A DNA stretch of 64,000 bases from Bdellovibrionota bacterium (GCA_041739995.1 JBGSMV010000042.1:32001-96000); one strand, 5' to 3'. Positions 19,388-29,068 are shown, counted from the first letter of the stretch. Notes: generated from the letters alone by a model not told the origin. Numbers and translations are program-made.

Positions 19388-19912
19388 TTAACAACCCAAT
19401 GGATATCCACATAAAGCACTAGTGTCTTCGATTGGGGCTTTGGTCGACAGATTCAGTTCGAGGCCACCTACGAACAAGCAAAAAATACACGGAAACTGCA
19501 CGCGAACCTCAGTAGCGAGCAGCGGATGAGAATGGTTCTCCAAAGGAGGAGAGAAGGATGTTCTATCGCACTCGAAGCCAGAGTCCAGAATTCTTATATT
19601 CTGTAAATTGGACGAGCTCCCTGTAACTCTTCTTACCTCACCTCTTATCTGGTGTGCGAGGCTGTATAGTTCATCTGAGTCCTCGCGGCGCTCTTCTGGT
19701 AGAAGAGCCGAACACGGCGCAGATGCAGCTCTCCGGGTCATGCGCGCTATTCCTTCGGAGAGTTCTCCGTAGCGTTGTAAACCAAAGGCAACGTCAATAA
19801 GGAATCCAGAAAGGAATAGCAGCACCACGCTCGAGAGCATGGATTCTACCAAAGTTGCACCACGCTCCCTGCCCATATTCGTATGCCTGTGTGAGGTTGT
19901 TCTCGCTAACAT
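19388..19912 (-). CDS. TadE-like pseudopilin
   Basis: Prepilin motif 'RGATLVES' + TM; start 19912 has GGAGGG RBS and overlaps the upstream stop. Confidence 0.75.
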   Translation of the reverse strand: MLARTTSHRHTNMGRERGATLVESMLSSVVLLFLSGFLIDVAFGLQRYGELSEGIARMTRRAASAPCSALLPEERREDSDELYSLAHQIRGEVRRVTGSSSNLQNIRILDSGFECDRTSFSPPLENHSHPLLATEVRVQFPCIFCLFVGGLELNLSTKAPIEDTSALCGYPLGC

Positions 19913-20562
19913 GCTCCCTCCACGGCAAACAGCGATCGACCGTTTGAGACTGCGGCTTTGAGGTAGTCTCCGAAGCAAAGTAGGCAGGTTCTCGCATCAA
20001 AAGAGCGACGAATATCGACTTGAATAGAGGGAAAGAGGCGGTCGGACCCCTGAGCATCGCCGGGCACCTGAACATCACATACGCGTGCACTAACCTTCCA
20101 GTCGTCAAGATCCATGTCTGCTGAAGCGAGGCTAGCCGTGGCTTCCTTGAACGATAGGCAAGTTAAGGAATCTTGTTCATTCTCACATCCACCATTCGAT
20201 TTCTCTCCGATTTCCCATGGAGAGGAACAAAGCGGCGTGGCCTTTTGTGGGGGACATCGGTAGGGCGTACGTGGATCGCCAGGCGGATAGAAGTCATCTT
20301 CAAAGGATATAATTGCAGCGGTTCGGGCAGCATTTCGGGATATGTCGCTGGCCTTTTCTGTTTGATGTAGCGCGATGCCGAAGTCTACGAGGGCGCCGAT
20401 AAGAAAGAGCGCCAAGGGAAGAACGACCACGAGCTCAACAATCCCTGCCCCTGACTCAGAAGGGAAACGAGATGAAACTCTCGCTCGATTGACATTTGTA
20501 TGTGCGGACAGCCCAAACTGCCGGCACAAAGCCAAGAAACCCATACACTTAACCCGGTACAC
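19906..20562 (-). CDS. TadE-like pseudopilin
   Basis: 'ESGAGIVELVVVLP....GALVDFG.......SRNAARTAA' TadE motif; start uncertain. Confidence 0.8.
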   Translation of the reverse strand: MYRVKCMGFLALCRQFGLSAHTNVNRARVSSRFPSESGAGIVELVVVLPLALFLIGALVDFGIALHQTEKASDISRNAARTAAIISFEDDFYPPGDPRTPYRCPPQKATPLCSSPWEIGEKSNGGCENEQDSLTCLSFKEATASLASADMDLDDWKVSARVCDVQVPGDAQGSDRLFPSIQVDIRRSFDARTCLLCFGDYLKAAVSNGRSLFAVEGAC

Positions 20563-20787
20563 CCTAACCCGCGAGCGCTAAGCACTCACAAGACAACCAC
20601 TACAAACAGTTATCACGCTTATTGAAGTCCAGGTGACGTGGGAAATGAGGCTGGGGTGTCTCGGAGGCTGGCGGCGCTCAAAAAACTGCATAAAAACAGA
20701 GTCTTAACGATCTTGATGTGCATTCTAGGTGCAAGCTCGACATTCTCGCCAAAGTGGGAGCTGCGAGATTCATTTTCAGGGGAAAAT

Positions 20788-22059
20788 TTAGGGCGACACT
20801 TCGAGCGCTACGAGGACTTCGCGACCCTCGGTCGACACCAATACTCTCGATCCAGTGCTTGTGCCAATGTTTATGGTAGAGAGCCACGAGCGCGCGCTGC
20901 TATCGATGCTGCCTTGAGCGCGCGCGTTGTTTAACTTCTTAATTCCAGCAAGAAACTGAGATACGTCTTGTTCGGTAGCCCATAAAGTGCGCCACACTAT
21001 CACCTGAGTCTTTCGCCCTTCGAATGAGTACCAGGCGACACGATCTGCTCTCCATCCTTTCGCTGCCAATATTGCTTGTTCGTGAGATAAAAAAGATCCG
21101 AGCGCGACGCGAATGGCATACTGACCCAGACTGTCTACGTGAGAAAGCTTCGCGCTCCCGAACATTGATGGCAAGCGGGGGGGATCGAGAGCTGGTGACC
21201 TTTCTGCGGAAGAAGCGTCTCTGTGAATAATTTCTCTAGTAGTGTGAGGAGGGTTAAGGAAGGCTCGGTCGAGCGCGGTTTGTCCACCAGCTTCTCTTAA
21301 TCGTGCTACCCAGATTTTCCCGAATGTATAGGGGAAGAAGTTAATGCTATCGAGGGCAGCAGAACTGGCGCAGATATCCTTAACTTTTTGAGATTCACTT
21401 TTCGGTGGAGCACCTTGAGCCGGATCTCTAAAAAGGGAACGAACCCACAATGCGTCTCCTTCTATAAGGGCAGCGACGGCAAGTGAGGAATCAAGCGAGG
21501 TGGCGTTTCTTCGAACAAGTGATTTCAGGTCAAAGTGCTGGTCGAGGAGCGCATGCATGACCTCGTGTGCGATAATGCTGTCAGGTGGAGATGTTTCTTC
21601 TCGGAGCATAATGCGCTTGTTCTGAGCATCATAGAACGCTTCAATTCCTTGTGCGTCAGCGTTCGTTACGCACCTTTCGTACGGGTAGTTCTCGGGGATT
21701 ATTGCGAGTCCACGGAAAAGAGCTCTTTCGAATGGAAGGCTATCTGACGAGCCAAGACTTAGGATGTGTTTGCGATACAGCTCAGAGAATTCGTGAGTGT
21801 TGGCGGCGACACAGTCGAGGGGCTGCAAGGCCTTTAATCCACGAAGTGCTTCAACCTTCGAAAGAATAGATGAGGCCCGGCTGCAAGGGGCAGGAATCGC
21901 TGCAGGTTGAGCCGACGCAGATTGAGCTAAGTAGCTCCAAGAAAGGACGAGCTGAATAAGAGCGAAGGCTAGCGTGGGGGGTAGTACCAGAGGTGAGGGA
22001 GTCGCTTTGGTGACCAGAGGCAGCGCTTGTTTGCAATTCTTCATAGTGTCTTCTTGCAT
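20788..22059 (-). CDS. Secreted putative zinc metallopeptidase
   Basis: Signal peptide, 'AFYD', HEVMHALLDQHF (HExxH), downstream 'EGDA', 'FPY..G..W'. Confidence 0.7.
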   Translation of the reverse strand: MQEDTMKNCKQALPLVTKATPSPLVLPPTLAFALIQLVLSWSYLAQSASAQPAAIPAPCSRASSILSKVEALRGLKALQPLDCVAANTHEFSELYRKHILSLGSSDSLPFERALFRGLAIIPENYPYERCVTNADAQGIEAFYDAQNKRIMLREETSPPDSIIAHEVMHALLDQHFDLKSLVRRNATSLDSSLAVAALIEGDALWVRSLFRDPAQGAPPKSESQKVKDICASSAALDSINFFPYTFGKIWVARLREAGGQTALDRAFLNPPHTTREIIHRDASSAERSPALDPPRLPSMFGSAKLSHVDSLGQYAIRVALGSFLSHEQAILAAKGWRADRVAWYSFEGRKTQVIVWRTLWATEQDVSQFLAGIKKLNNARAQGSIDSSARSWLSTINIGTSTGSRVLVSTEGREVLVALEVSP

Positions 22060-22385
22060 CGTTTGGGTGCGCGGTCACCACTTCCTGAAGGAAAGGTGCC
22101 GGGTTTTCTCTGAATACGTGCTTGCCAATCGATATAGCGGGAGTGTGCGCCTTTTTGGATAGGTTGCGGGGAGCGGCCGGCGGTATCGGGGTCTCTCGTG
22201 AACGTGAGGAAAGCCCTTGTTTCGAAACGGTTATCTATCGCTCACGGGCAAAATCTTGATTGACTATTGGAGGAGGTGTTACAGAAAAAGTAGGAGCTAA
22301 CGGTCTGGTAAAACGGAGGTGAATTGCCGCACACTTTGTCTCGTCCATCCTTACCCTTGCGCTAGCAACACGTATTATTTTTATT

Positions 22386-23462
22386 ATGACAAATAGAATC
22401 CGAAATATTTTCTTTTCCGCATTAACGCTTTCATTAATTCTTCCCGTTTGCTGTTTTGCCGAGTCGTTTCAAAGGAAATTCCGTCTAGGCTTCATAGCTC
22501 CGCTGTCTGGTCCCGCGCAGGTGTATGGCGACGCAGCGAAAAACGGCTTTGAGTTGGCACTGTCTGAGCTTGGGCGGGCCGAGCCTGGACGGGACTGGAT
22601 CGAGGTAATTTACGAAGATGATGAATTTAAGCCCGCAAAAAGCGTCGCCGCATTTCATAAGCTAATCTCGACGGACAAAGTCGATGCCATTGTTTGCGTC
22701 GCTTCTACACCATGCAATGCAGTCGCGCCGCTAGCGCAACAGCGCGGCGTCCCGTTGGTCGCATGGGCAAGTGACACTAAAGTTTCAAGGAACCGCCCAT
22801 TTGTTATTCGCTCTTACCCTAGCGGTGCTGATGAAGGCAGGGAAGTTGCAGAGGAAGCGATTAGGAGAAAGGCCGACAACGTCGCCGTAACTATCTCTAC
22901 CAACGACTACAGTGAGTCGTGGCGACAAGGATTCATAGAGTGGTTTCCCGAAAACAAAATCTTGATGAATGAGGAGGTGCCTAACGATTCGAAGGACTTC
23001 CGCGCTATAATACTTCGCGCAGCAGCTCGAAAGGTATCACAGTTCGCTATTTGTTTGGACCCCGGACAAAGCGCTGCGTTTGCGAGACAAGCCGCCCAAG
23101 TGGTGCTCAATATGAAAATATTCGGATGCGAAAGTCTTCACGCTACCTCAGAAATTGACGCTGCGGGTGGCGCACTTGATAGTGCATGGTTTGCGACGAT
23201 TTCTGTGACCGATGAGTTTCATCGCAAGTATGTTGAGCGGTTCGGGAACGACAGTGTGATTTCCGCAGGTGCAAATCATTACGATCTCGCATATTTGTTA
23301 CATAGTGCTTCGACTAGCGCCGGAACTGAGGATTTCATCTCGCGCTTGCTCACTGGCGCAGAGCACCAGGGGGCTGTGGGAAAGTTTCGCGTGGTTGAAT
23401 CTGCTGGCGATCAGTATTTTGATGTTGAACTTCAGATAAAGGCGGCAAGGGTGGTTCGATAA
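22386..23462 (+). CDS. ABC substrate-binding protein, LivJ/Peripla_BP_6 type (no permease nearby)
   Basis: 'LGFIAPLSGPAQVYG....NGFELA', 'IYEDD'; signal peptide. Confidence 0.85.
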   Translation: MTNRIRNIFFSALTLSLILPVCCFAESFQRKFRLGFIAPLSGPAQVYGDAAKNGFELALSELGRAEPGRDWIEVIYEDDEFKPAKSVAAFHKLISTDKVDAIVCVASTPCNAVAPLAQQRGVPLVAWASDTKVSRNRPFVIRSYPSGADEGREVAEEAIRRKADNVAVTISTNDYSESWRQGFIEWFPENKILMNEEVPNDSKDFRAIILRAAARKVSQFAICLDPGQSAAFARQAAQVVLNMKIFGCESLHATSEIDAAGGALDSAWFATISVTDEFHRKYVERFGNDSVISAGANHYDLAYLLHSASTSAGTEDFISRLLTGAEHQGAVGKFRVVESAGDQYFDVELQIKAARVVR

Positions 23463-23597
23463 AATCTAACTCCATGAGAAAGCTCGCGTTCCTGCCTGCC
23501 CGATTGCCTCTTGTTCGTATCCCTGTGTCCGTCCGACAATAATCATCCAGGGGATACTTTTTGATGTGCGCTAAGCTTTTTGGTAGGTGGGTGTTCA

Positions 23598-24662
23598 ATG
23601 GTTTGGTTTTTACTCTTGGTAGGTCTCATTCTCCTGACCATAGGAGGGGAGTTGCTCGTACGGGCGGCCAGTCGACTTGCTATCTCATTTGGAATAGCAC
23701 CCTTAGTGGTGGGACTTACTGTAGTTGCATTTGGAACAAGCAGCCCCGAACTTCTTGTAAGTGTTAGCTCGGCTCTCAAGGGAAGTTCCGACATTGCTCT
23801 CGGCAACGTGGTCGGGAGCAACATGTGCAATATCCTGTTGATTCTCGGGGTATCCGCGCTGATTGCTCCATTGATCGTACACCAACAACTCCTGCGCCTC
23901 GATATTCCCGTCATGATTGGGGTGTCTGGCTTGTCTCTGTTGGTGAGCCTTGATGGAGTGGTAAGCCGTGTAGATGGAGTGCTGCTTGTCGTTTTATTGA
24001 TTGCGTATGTCGCATTCCTTGTTCGAACAGCTCGAAATGAGAAAGATTCTCGTTTAGCGGCAGAGAATGAAGGTGCTTCAGGGTTTGTCGATCGGCTTCT
24101 GAGATCTCGCGGAGGACAGGTAGCGGGTCTTGTCGCAGGGCTAGGCGTGTTGACCGGTGGTGCTGAGGTTTTTGTTGGTGCAGCAATTGAGCTCGCGCGT
24201 CTTTTCGGAATGAGTGAGCTGGTAATCGGGCTCACCGTCGTGGCGGTGGGCACTTCGTTGCCTGAAATCGTAACCTCAGTCATTGCAACCATACGTGGAG
24301 AGCGGGACATCGCGATCGGCAATGTGGTGGGGAGTAATATCTTTAATATTCTGTCGGTGCTTGGAATTACTTCAATAGTTTCTCCGATAGCTGTTTCTGG
24401 CGCCGCATTGACCTTCGACCTGCCGGCCATGATTGCGGTCAGTTTTGCATGTTTTCCGCTGTTCTATGTCGGCATGAAGATAGATCGATGGAAGGGGGCG
24501 CTGTTCCTAGGGTACTACCTCATTTATGTAACGTATCTTGTGCTCGATTCGAGCGGACATTCATCGGCACCGATCGTCAGCGAGGTGATGTTACTGGGAA
24601 TTTCCCCAATTGTTGGCGTGACTATTCTGGCACTTGCCTACAGAGAGTTTCGAAGTGCTTGA
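23598..24662 (+). CDS. Calcium/sodium antiporter (YrbG/CaCA family)
   Basis: Two alpha repeats GTSSPE...GNVVGSN and GTSLPE...GNVVGSN. Confidence 0.95.
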   Translation: MVWFLLLVGLILLTIGGELLVRAASRLAISFGIAPLVVGLTVVAFGTSSPELLVSVSSALKGSSDIALGNVVGSNMCNILLILGVSALIAPLIVHQQLLRLDIPVMIGVSGLSLLVSLDGVVSRVDGVLLVVLLIAYVAFLVRTARNEKDSRLAAENEGASGFVDRLLRSRGGQVAGLVAGLGVLTGGAEVFVGAAIELARLFGMSELVIGLTVVAVGTSLPEIVTSVIATIRGERDIAIGNVVGSNIFNILSVLGITSIVSPIAVSGAALTFDLPAMIAVSFACFPLFYVGMKIDRWKGALFLGYYLIYVTYLVLDSSGHSSAPIVSEVMLLGISPIVGVTILALAYREFRSA

Positions 24663-24684
24663 GCAGTGCGCCTAGTTAAAGCGC

Positions 24685-25413
24685 TTACTTAATCGTTCGT
24701 AGCGTTTCAAGAAGCGCCGAAGGTTCTGCTCTCTTCGTATAATCAGCGTCAACAAACGAATATCGAATAGTTCTCTCGCCATCCACCACAAAGGTGGCCG
24801 CAAGCGGAAGCTCCCACGAGTCTACGCCGTGAGCTTTGGGCAAATTGATTCCAAAGCCTTCATACACACCGCGAAGGTCGTTACCGAGTGCGAATACAAT
24901 TCCAAGGGAGCGTGCATAGGTGTTGTTTTGATCGCTCAATACGACAAATTCCAGCTCATTTTTTGCTTTGGTCGAGAGAGCCTGATCGGGAAGTTCAGGA
25001 GATATCGCGATTAACTTGGCGTTTAGGGCCAATATTTCAGAGAGATGCTGTTGGTACTCATGTAATTGGATGTTGCAGTAGGGGCACCAACCACCTCGAT
25101 AAAAAGTGACAATGGCGGACTTCCCCTCAAGTTCCTTGGAAAGGGACGTTTTTTGGCCCGTTGCGGTTATGAAGTTGCCGTCGGGGAGCTCGGCACCAAC
25201 TTTTGGTGCGTGTTCGGTGAGCTCAGATGCGGCAAGGGCGGCGGTCGCTGAGGTCATGATGCGACGAGATTCAGGGGGAGTTTTTCCAGAACCAGAAGAG
25301 CGTTTGGCGTCAAGTTTCTCTTGGAGGGACTCGGCCATGCTGTTTTGTGGAGTCAGAAAGGTAAAACTACATATTACTATAGCGAAGAATGCGAGTATCA
25401 GACGTTTCTGCAT
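24685..25413 (-). CDS. Exported peroxiredoxin-like (AhpC/TSA) protein
   Basis: 'FYRGGWCPYCN', 'LPLAATFVVD', 'DYTKRAEP'; signal peptide. Confidence 0.9.
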   Translation of the reverse strand: MQKRLILAFFAIVICSFTFLTPQNSMAESLQEKLDAKRSSGSGKTPPESRRIMTSATAALAASELTEHAPKVGAELPDGNFITATGQKTSLSKELEGKSAIVTFYRGGWCPYCNIQLHEYQQHLSEILALNAKLIAISPELPDQALSTKAKNELEFVVLSDQNNTYARSLGIVFALGNDLRGVYEGFGINLPKAHGVDSWELPLAATFVVDGERTIRYSFVDADYTKRAEPSALLETLRTIK

Positions 25414-25497
25414 GGGAGCTCCCTAGGTAAAGTGAGTATGACGCAGCTCTGGAGCCTATCGTCGCTCGCAGGTGAGCACAAATCGAGTGGAGAAGCC

Positions 25498-26076
25498 CTA
25501 GACCCCGTACTTTTTCTTCAGGCGGTCGAAAAGTTCGCAAGCCTCTGTGGGATTAGTGGAAAGCATTTCGGCGTAGCCGCGCGTGTCGGTATTGAAGTCT
25601 CTAAAGATGTCCGAGCTTTTTCGTCCTGCATCGACTTCTTTTTGAAGAAGTCCGTGCAGCTCCATTTGTTTGATTGCCGCATCCGCTACTGAGCAGGTGC
25701 CGCCACCTTTACCGCCATCTTTGGCGAGCTGCTCCATCGTGATCATGCCTTCGGCTTCCTTTGCAAGGTTGAGCTCGTACTTTTTATCAAGTTCGGCCAC
25801 CTTGGCGCAGGCTTCGGTATATTTCTCTTGGGCGATCAATTCGCTCACGGTGCCGCTCTCGGTTTGAAGGCCGGCGGCAAACTTAGTCATCCCTTCGCCA
25901 CCAATCGCGAAATATTTACCTACCACTTTGTTGAGCGCCAGCATTTTGTTGTTAGCTTGATTTGAGTCGCAGCTGTTACCGCCTGAACATGAAGTGAGGT
26001 TCATGCACAGCAATAGGATGCCTACGGGGACAAGCAGCCAGCGGAAGGGAAGAAAGGGTAGGGTGATGTGTTTCAT
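25498..26076 (-). CDS. Hypothetical lipoprotein with two-fold internal repeat
   Basis: Likely start 26076 (ORF open to 26187), lipobox LTSC; repeated C...TEAC.......KKY. Confidence 0.7.
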   Translation of the reverse strand: MKHITLPFLPFRWLLVPVGILLLCMNLTSCSGGNSCDSNQANNKMLALNKVVGKYFAIGGEGMTKFAAGLQTESGTVSELIAQEKYTEACAKVAELDKKYELNLAKEAEGMITMEQLAKDGGKGGGTCSVADAAIKQMELHGLLQKEVDAGRKSSDIFRDFNTDTRGYAEMLSTNPTEACELFDRLKKKYGV

Positions 26077-26210
26077 GCGCCCGAACAAATCACGAAATCG
26101 ATTGTGTTTCCAGCGCAAAATGCGTGAGTCGTTACTCAATGGCGTGAGGTCTCTGGGATGGATTGAAAGGGTGGCACGGTGGGGCAACTCGCACCGAAGG
26201 GGGTGGCGCG

Positions 26211-26435
26211 TTACGCAATAATATCAAGAATGCTTTTATCTAACTCTTCCGCGGTTTTGATGACCTCTGCAGAAGCCTTTATCTGTATGTCAGCGGTCTT
26301 TTGATCAATGATTCCTTTGACAGGGTCTTCTGTACTCTCTGGTCGAAAGGCGCTGGTGATGCGGCTAGAGGCATCGCTCAAGCGTTCAAAGCCGTTTTTG
26401 AGTCCACGAAGACCAATACCCAATACTGAATCCAT
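26211..26435 (-). CDS. Small flagellar rod/hook-like protein (only N- and C-terminal D0-type helices)
   Basis: 'VLGIGLRGL.......ASSRI' resembles rod/hook N-helix; 'ASAEVIKTAEELDKSILDI' resembles Flg_bbr_C. Confidence 0.75.
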   Translation of the reverse strand: MDSVLGIGLRGLKNGFERLSDASSRITSAFRPESTEDPVKGIIDQKTADIQIKASAEVIKTAEELDKSILDIIA

Positions 26436-26443
26436 GAGGTGAT

Positions 26444-26470
26444 GGATCGTCTTTGTTGGCCAAAGGCTTA
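26444..26470 (-). promoter_or_regulatory. Putative sigma28 (FliA) promoter
   Basis: Minus strand TAAG-N15-GACGATCC, 8 nt before the ATG; same layout as the flagellin promoter. Confidence 0.65.
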
Positions 26471-26598
26471 AGCTTTGGTGGCATTTGCATCACAAACAAG
26501 ACCGGTCTTGGCTGTAATTGACTGAAGTTCTTATTGTTTTCGGCGATGTTGGTGCGGGTGGCGCCTGCTGGTGAGCAACTCTCGATCGAAACATCCGA

Positions 26599-27040
26599 TT
26601 ATAACACGGTGGACGCGGGGGGCACGGAGGATGATTCTTAAAGAACTCACAGGGTAGGTTATTGACGCAGCAATTAAGGTGCACTCAGCACTTGGGCCAG
26701 GGCTCTTTGAGCAGGGCTATCAAGTCTGTCTTCAGCACCAACTTTTGATGAGAGAGGTAAGAGTCTTTTCGGAAGTTGGAATTCCAGTCATCTACGACGG
26801 TGTCTAGCTAGAGGTTGGTTAAAGAGTCGACCTCTAGGTCGAAGACCTTTTAATAGTTGAGCGTAAGTCCGTAGAGCGCCTTGCCCTCGTACACAAGGCC
26901 CAGCTACTTACCTATCTTAAACTTGCACACAAACCAGTTGGGCTATTCCTTAACTTCAACGTCCCTCATCTTAGAGACGGAATTGTTCGAGCAGTTAACT
27001 CGCCGCACCCTGCGTGTCCCCCGAGACCTCCGCGTTAAAA
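26599..27040. repeat. Imperfect 32-bp inverted repeats bracketing the GxxExxY gene
   Basis: 26599-26630 vs reverse complement of 27009-27040: 25/32 identities by eye, built from 9-mer units. Confidence 0.75.
26631..27038 (+). pseudogene. GxxExxY family (PD-(D/E)XK-like) pseudogene
   Basis: Manual translation: 'VHSALGPGLFEQGY...RVDL*VED..IVERKSV...HKAQLLTYLKL....GLFLNFN'; in-frame stops at 26655, 26805, 26820, 26835. Confidence 0.9.
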
Positions 27041-27108
27041 ATTTCGTTGCAAATTACCACAGCTAGCCCAGAGCATTTTCGACAGCCAAGCAAAGCTCGG
27101 AAACTGCC

Positions 27109-28014
27109 CTAGGCGATATCTTTAAGGTTTTCTACGATCATAGTACCCACGCCTTCGTTTAAGAACAGCTCCATGAGCAAAGAGTCACTCCTGGTTCCGT
27201 CTATTATATGGGCGCGGTGCACACCGCCCTTTATCGCTTCAAGGCAAGCTTGGACTTTGGGCAACATGCCCGCCGTAACCTTGCCCGCTTCGACCATATC
27301 TTGAATCTGTTCAATATCAGCGTAGGAGACCAAAGAGGTTGGTTCAGATACGGAACGAAGCAGTCCAGGAACGTTCGAAAGTACGATCAGTTTTTCAGCG
27401 CCGATCGATTGTGCGACCTTAGAAGCAAGTGTGTCGGCATTGATATTAAAAATCTGCCCGCTCGTGCTCGCCGCTATCGGTGAAATTACAGGGACAAGAT
27501 TTTCCTTAAGAAACTTGCCTATCAGCTCCGTATTTATGGACTCGATCACGCCGACGTTCTCGAAGTCCACTAATTCAGTGCCGCCTTGATCTGATTGGAC
27601 ACGAAGTGGGGGACGCTTTGACGCAAGCACGATTTGAGCATCGGCACCCGAAAGCCCTAGTGCACGCACTCCATGTTTACCGAGTGCCGTGGTTACTGAT
27701 GTGGCCAGTTCGCCACAGAACACCATTACGGCAGCCTTCAGCGTCTGGTCGTCGGTGATACGTCGGCCCGCCTTTTTTACGGTCTCTAGCCCAAGTCTTT
27801 TGCTCAGCACATCAAGCTGAGGGCCACCACCGTGTATCAGCACAACCTTCATGCCAATGTGATGAATCAAGCTAATCTGACGGGCGACGTTTTCAAGTAC
27901 CGCTCCAGTGCAGAGTTCGCCGCCAAGTTTTAGGACAAATGTCTTGCCCTGAAACTCACGTACATAAGGGAGAATTTCTGTAAGCGCTTCGATACGGTTC
28001 ATGGTGTTCCTCAT
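27109..28014 (-). CDS. argB: Acetylglutamate kinase
   Basis: 'FVLKLGG', 'HGGGPQ', 'RITD', 'NINAD', 'GMLPK'; alternative start 28002. Confidence 0.93.
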   Translation of the reverse strand: MRNTMNRIEALTEILPYVREFQGKTFVLKLGGELCTGAVLENVARQISLIHHIGMKVVLIHGGGPQLDVLSKRLGLETVKKAGRRITDDQTLKAAVMVFCGELATSVTTALGKHGVRALGLSGADAQIVLASKRPPLRVQSDQGGTELVDFENVGVIESINTELIGKFLKENLVPVISPIAASTSGQIFNINADTLASKVAQSIGAEKLIVLSNVPGLLRSVSEPTSLVSYADIEQIQDMVEAGKVTAGMLPKVQACLEAIKGGVHRAHIIDGTRSDSLLMELFLNEGVGTMIVENLKDIA

Positions 28015-28036
28015 TCCTCAGTGTCACAGTTCTTTG

Positions 28037-29068
28037 TCACAGGTCAGTTTTAAGAATTTTTAAAAGCAAAGCATTCTGGGCGTGCATTCGGTTCGCCGCT
28101 TGCTGCTCAGTAAGGCTGCGTTTGCTGTCCAGTACTTCATCCGCTACTTCAACGTTCCGTCTTACCGGTAGGCAGTGCATGAAGTAAGAATCATTTCCGT
28201 GAGCCATGACTTCCTGGTCCATTATCCAAGGAAGCAACGACTTGCGATGTTCTAGTTCAAGTTCGCGGTGTCCTATAAAGCCAGGAGGTGTCCAACTCTT
28301 TGCGTATACAATATCAGCTCCTCGAACCGCCTGTTCTTGCTCATAGAAGACCTCGACGGATCCACCAGAACTGCCTGCGGCACTCTGAATCATAGACATT
28401 ATCTTTGGATCGAAGTCGTAGCCTTCCGGATGGGCAATGCGCAGTTGCAGCCCAAGTTGTGCGGCAATCAGCGCCGTGGAGTGAGGAACCGCAAGAGGAA
28501 GTTGTTTGGGGTGCGGTGCCCAAGAGAGGGTAAAAACCTTGCCGTGTAGCTTGTTGCCGAAAGTTTCGCGCAATGTGAGGGCATCGGCCAAGGCCTGACA
28601 GGGATGCCAGCAGCTTCCTTCCATACTAATAAGGGGAATATCAAGATGCTTGGTGAAGGCCGAGAGCACTGGTTCATCTCGGTCTTCCTCCCAAGAGGAA
28701 AGCTTGGAGAATGCTCTGACGCACACCGCATCAAAGTACTGAGAAAGCACTCCCGCTGCATCTTTGATGTGCTCAGTGCGGTCCCTATACATCATGGCAC
28801 CGTCCGCAAATTCCAGAGTCCACGAGTCGGCTCCTGGGGAGAGGACGACCGATTGTCCGCCGAGGCGAGCAATACCGGACTGAAAGGAGGCTCTAGTGCG
28901 CAGAGACGGGTTAAAAAACATAAGAGCAAGTACTCGCCCTGAAAGAGACGAGGAGAAGTCACGCCAGTGGCTTGATTTTCCCTTGGCTGCGAGTGCAAGG
29001 GCTTCGTCCAGCTCTTGGAGCGTCAAATCTGAAGTGCTTATAATTGATCTAGAAGATTTAGAAACCAT
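28037..29068 (-). CDS. argF: N-acylornithine (acetyl/succinyl) carbamoyltransferase, ArgF' type
   Basis: 'FFNPSLRT', 'W.LEF..G..M....EH', 'HPCQ', 'WAPHPK.LP.AV', 'YAKSW', 'HCLPVRRN'. Confidence 0.9.
   Translation of the reverse strand: MVSKSSRSIISTSDLTLQELDEALALAAKGKSSHWRDFSSSLSGRVLALMFFNPSLRTRASFQSGIARLGGQSVVLSPGADSWTLEFADGAMMYRDRTEHIKDAAGVLSQYFDAVCVRAFSKLSSWEEDRDEPVLSAFTKHLDIPLISMEGSCWHPCQALADALTLRETFGNKLHGKVFTLSWAPHPKQLPLAVPHSTALIAAQLGLQLRIAHPEGYDFDPKIMSMIQSAAGSSGGSVEVFYEQEQAVRGADIVYAKSWTPPGFIGHRELELEHRKSLLPWIMDQEVMAHGNDSYFMHCLPVRRNVEVADEVLDSKRSLTEQQAANRMHAQNALLLKILKTDL

Noticed and set aside
23543..24430. 295-aa antisense ORF, and similar shadow ORFs opposite accC, RND, typA and paa genes
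   Set aside because: Fully overlap well-supported genes on the other strand and have no motifs
26631..27038. Stop-codon recoding (e.g. pyrrolysine) in the GxxExxY gene
   Set aside because: Stops include TAA as well as TAG, other genes end normally at TAG, and conserved residues are also decayed
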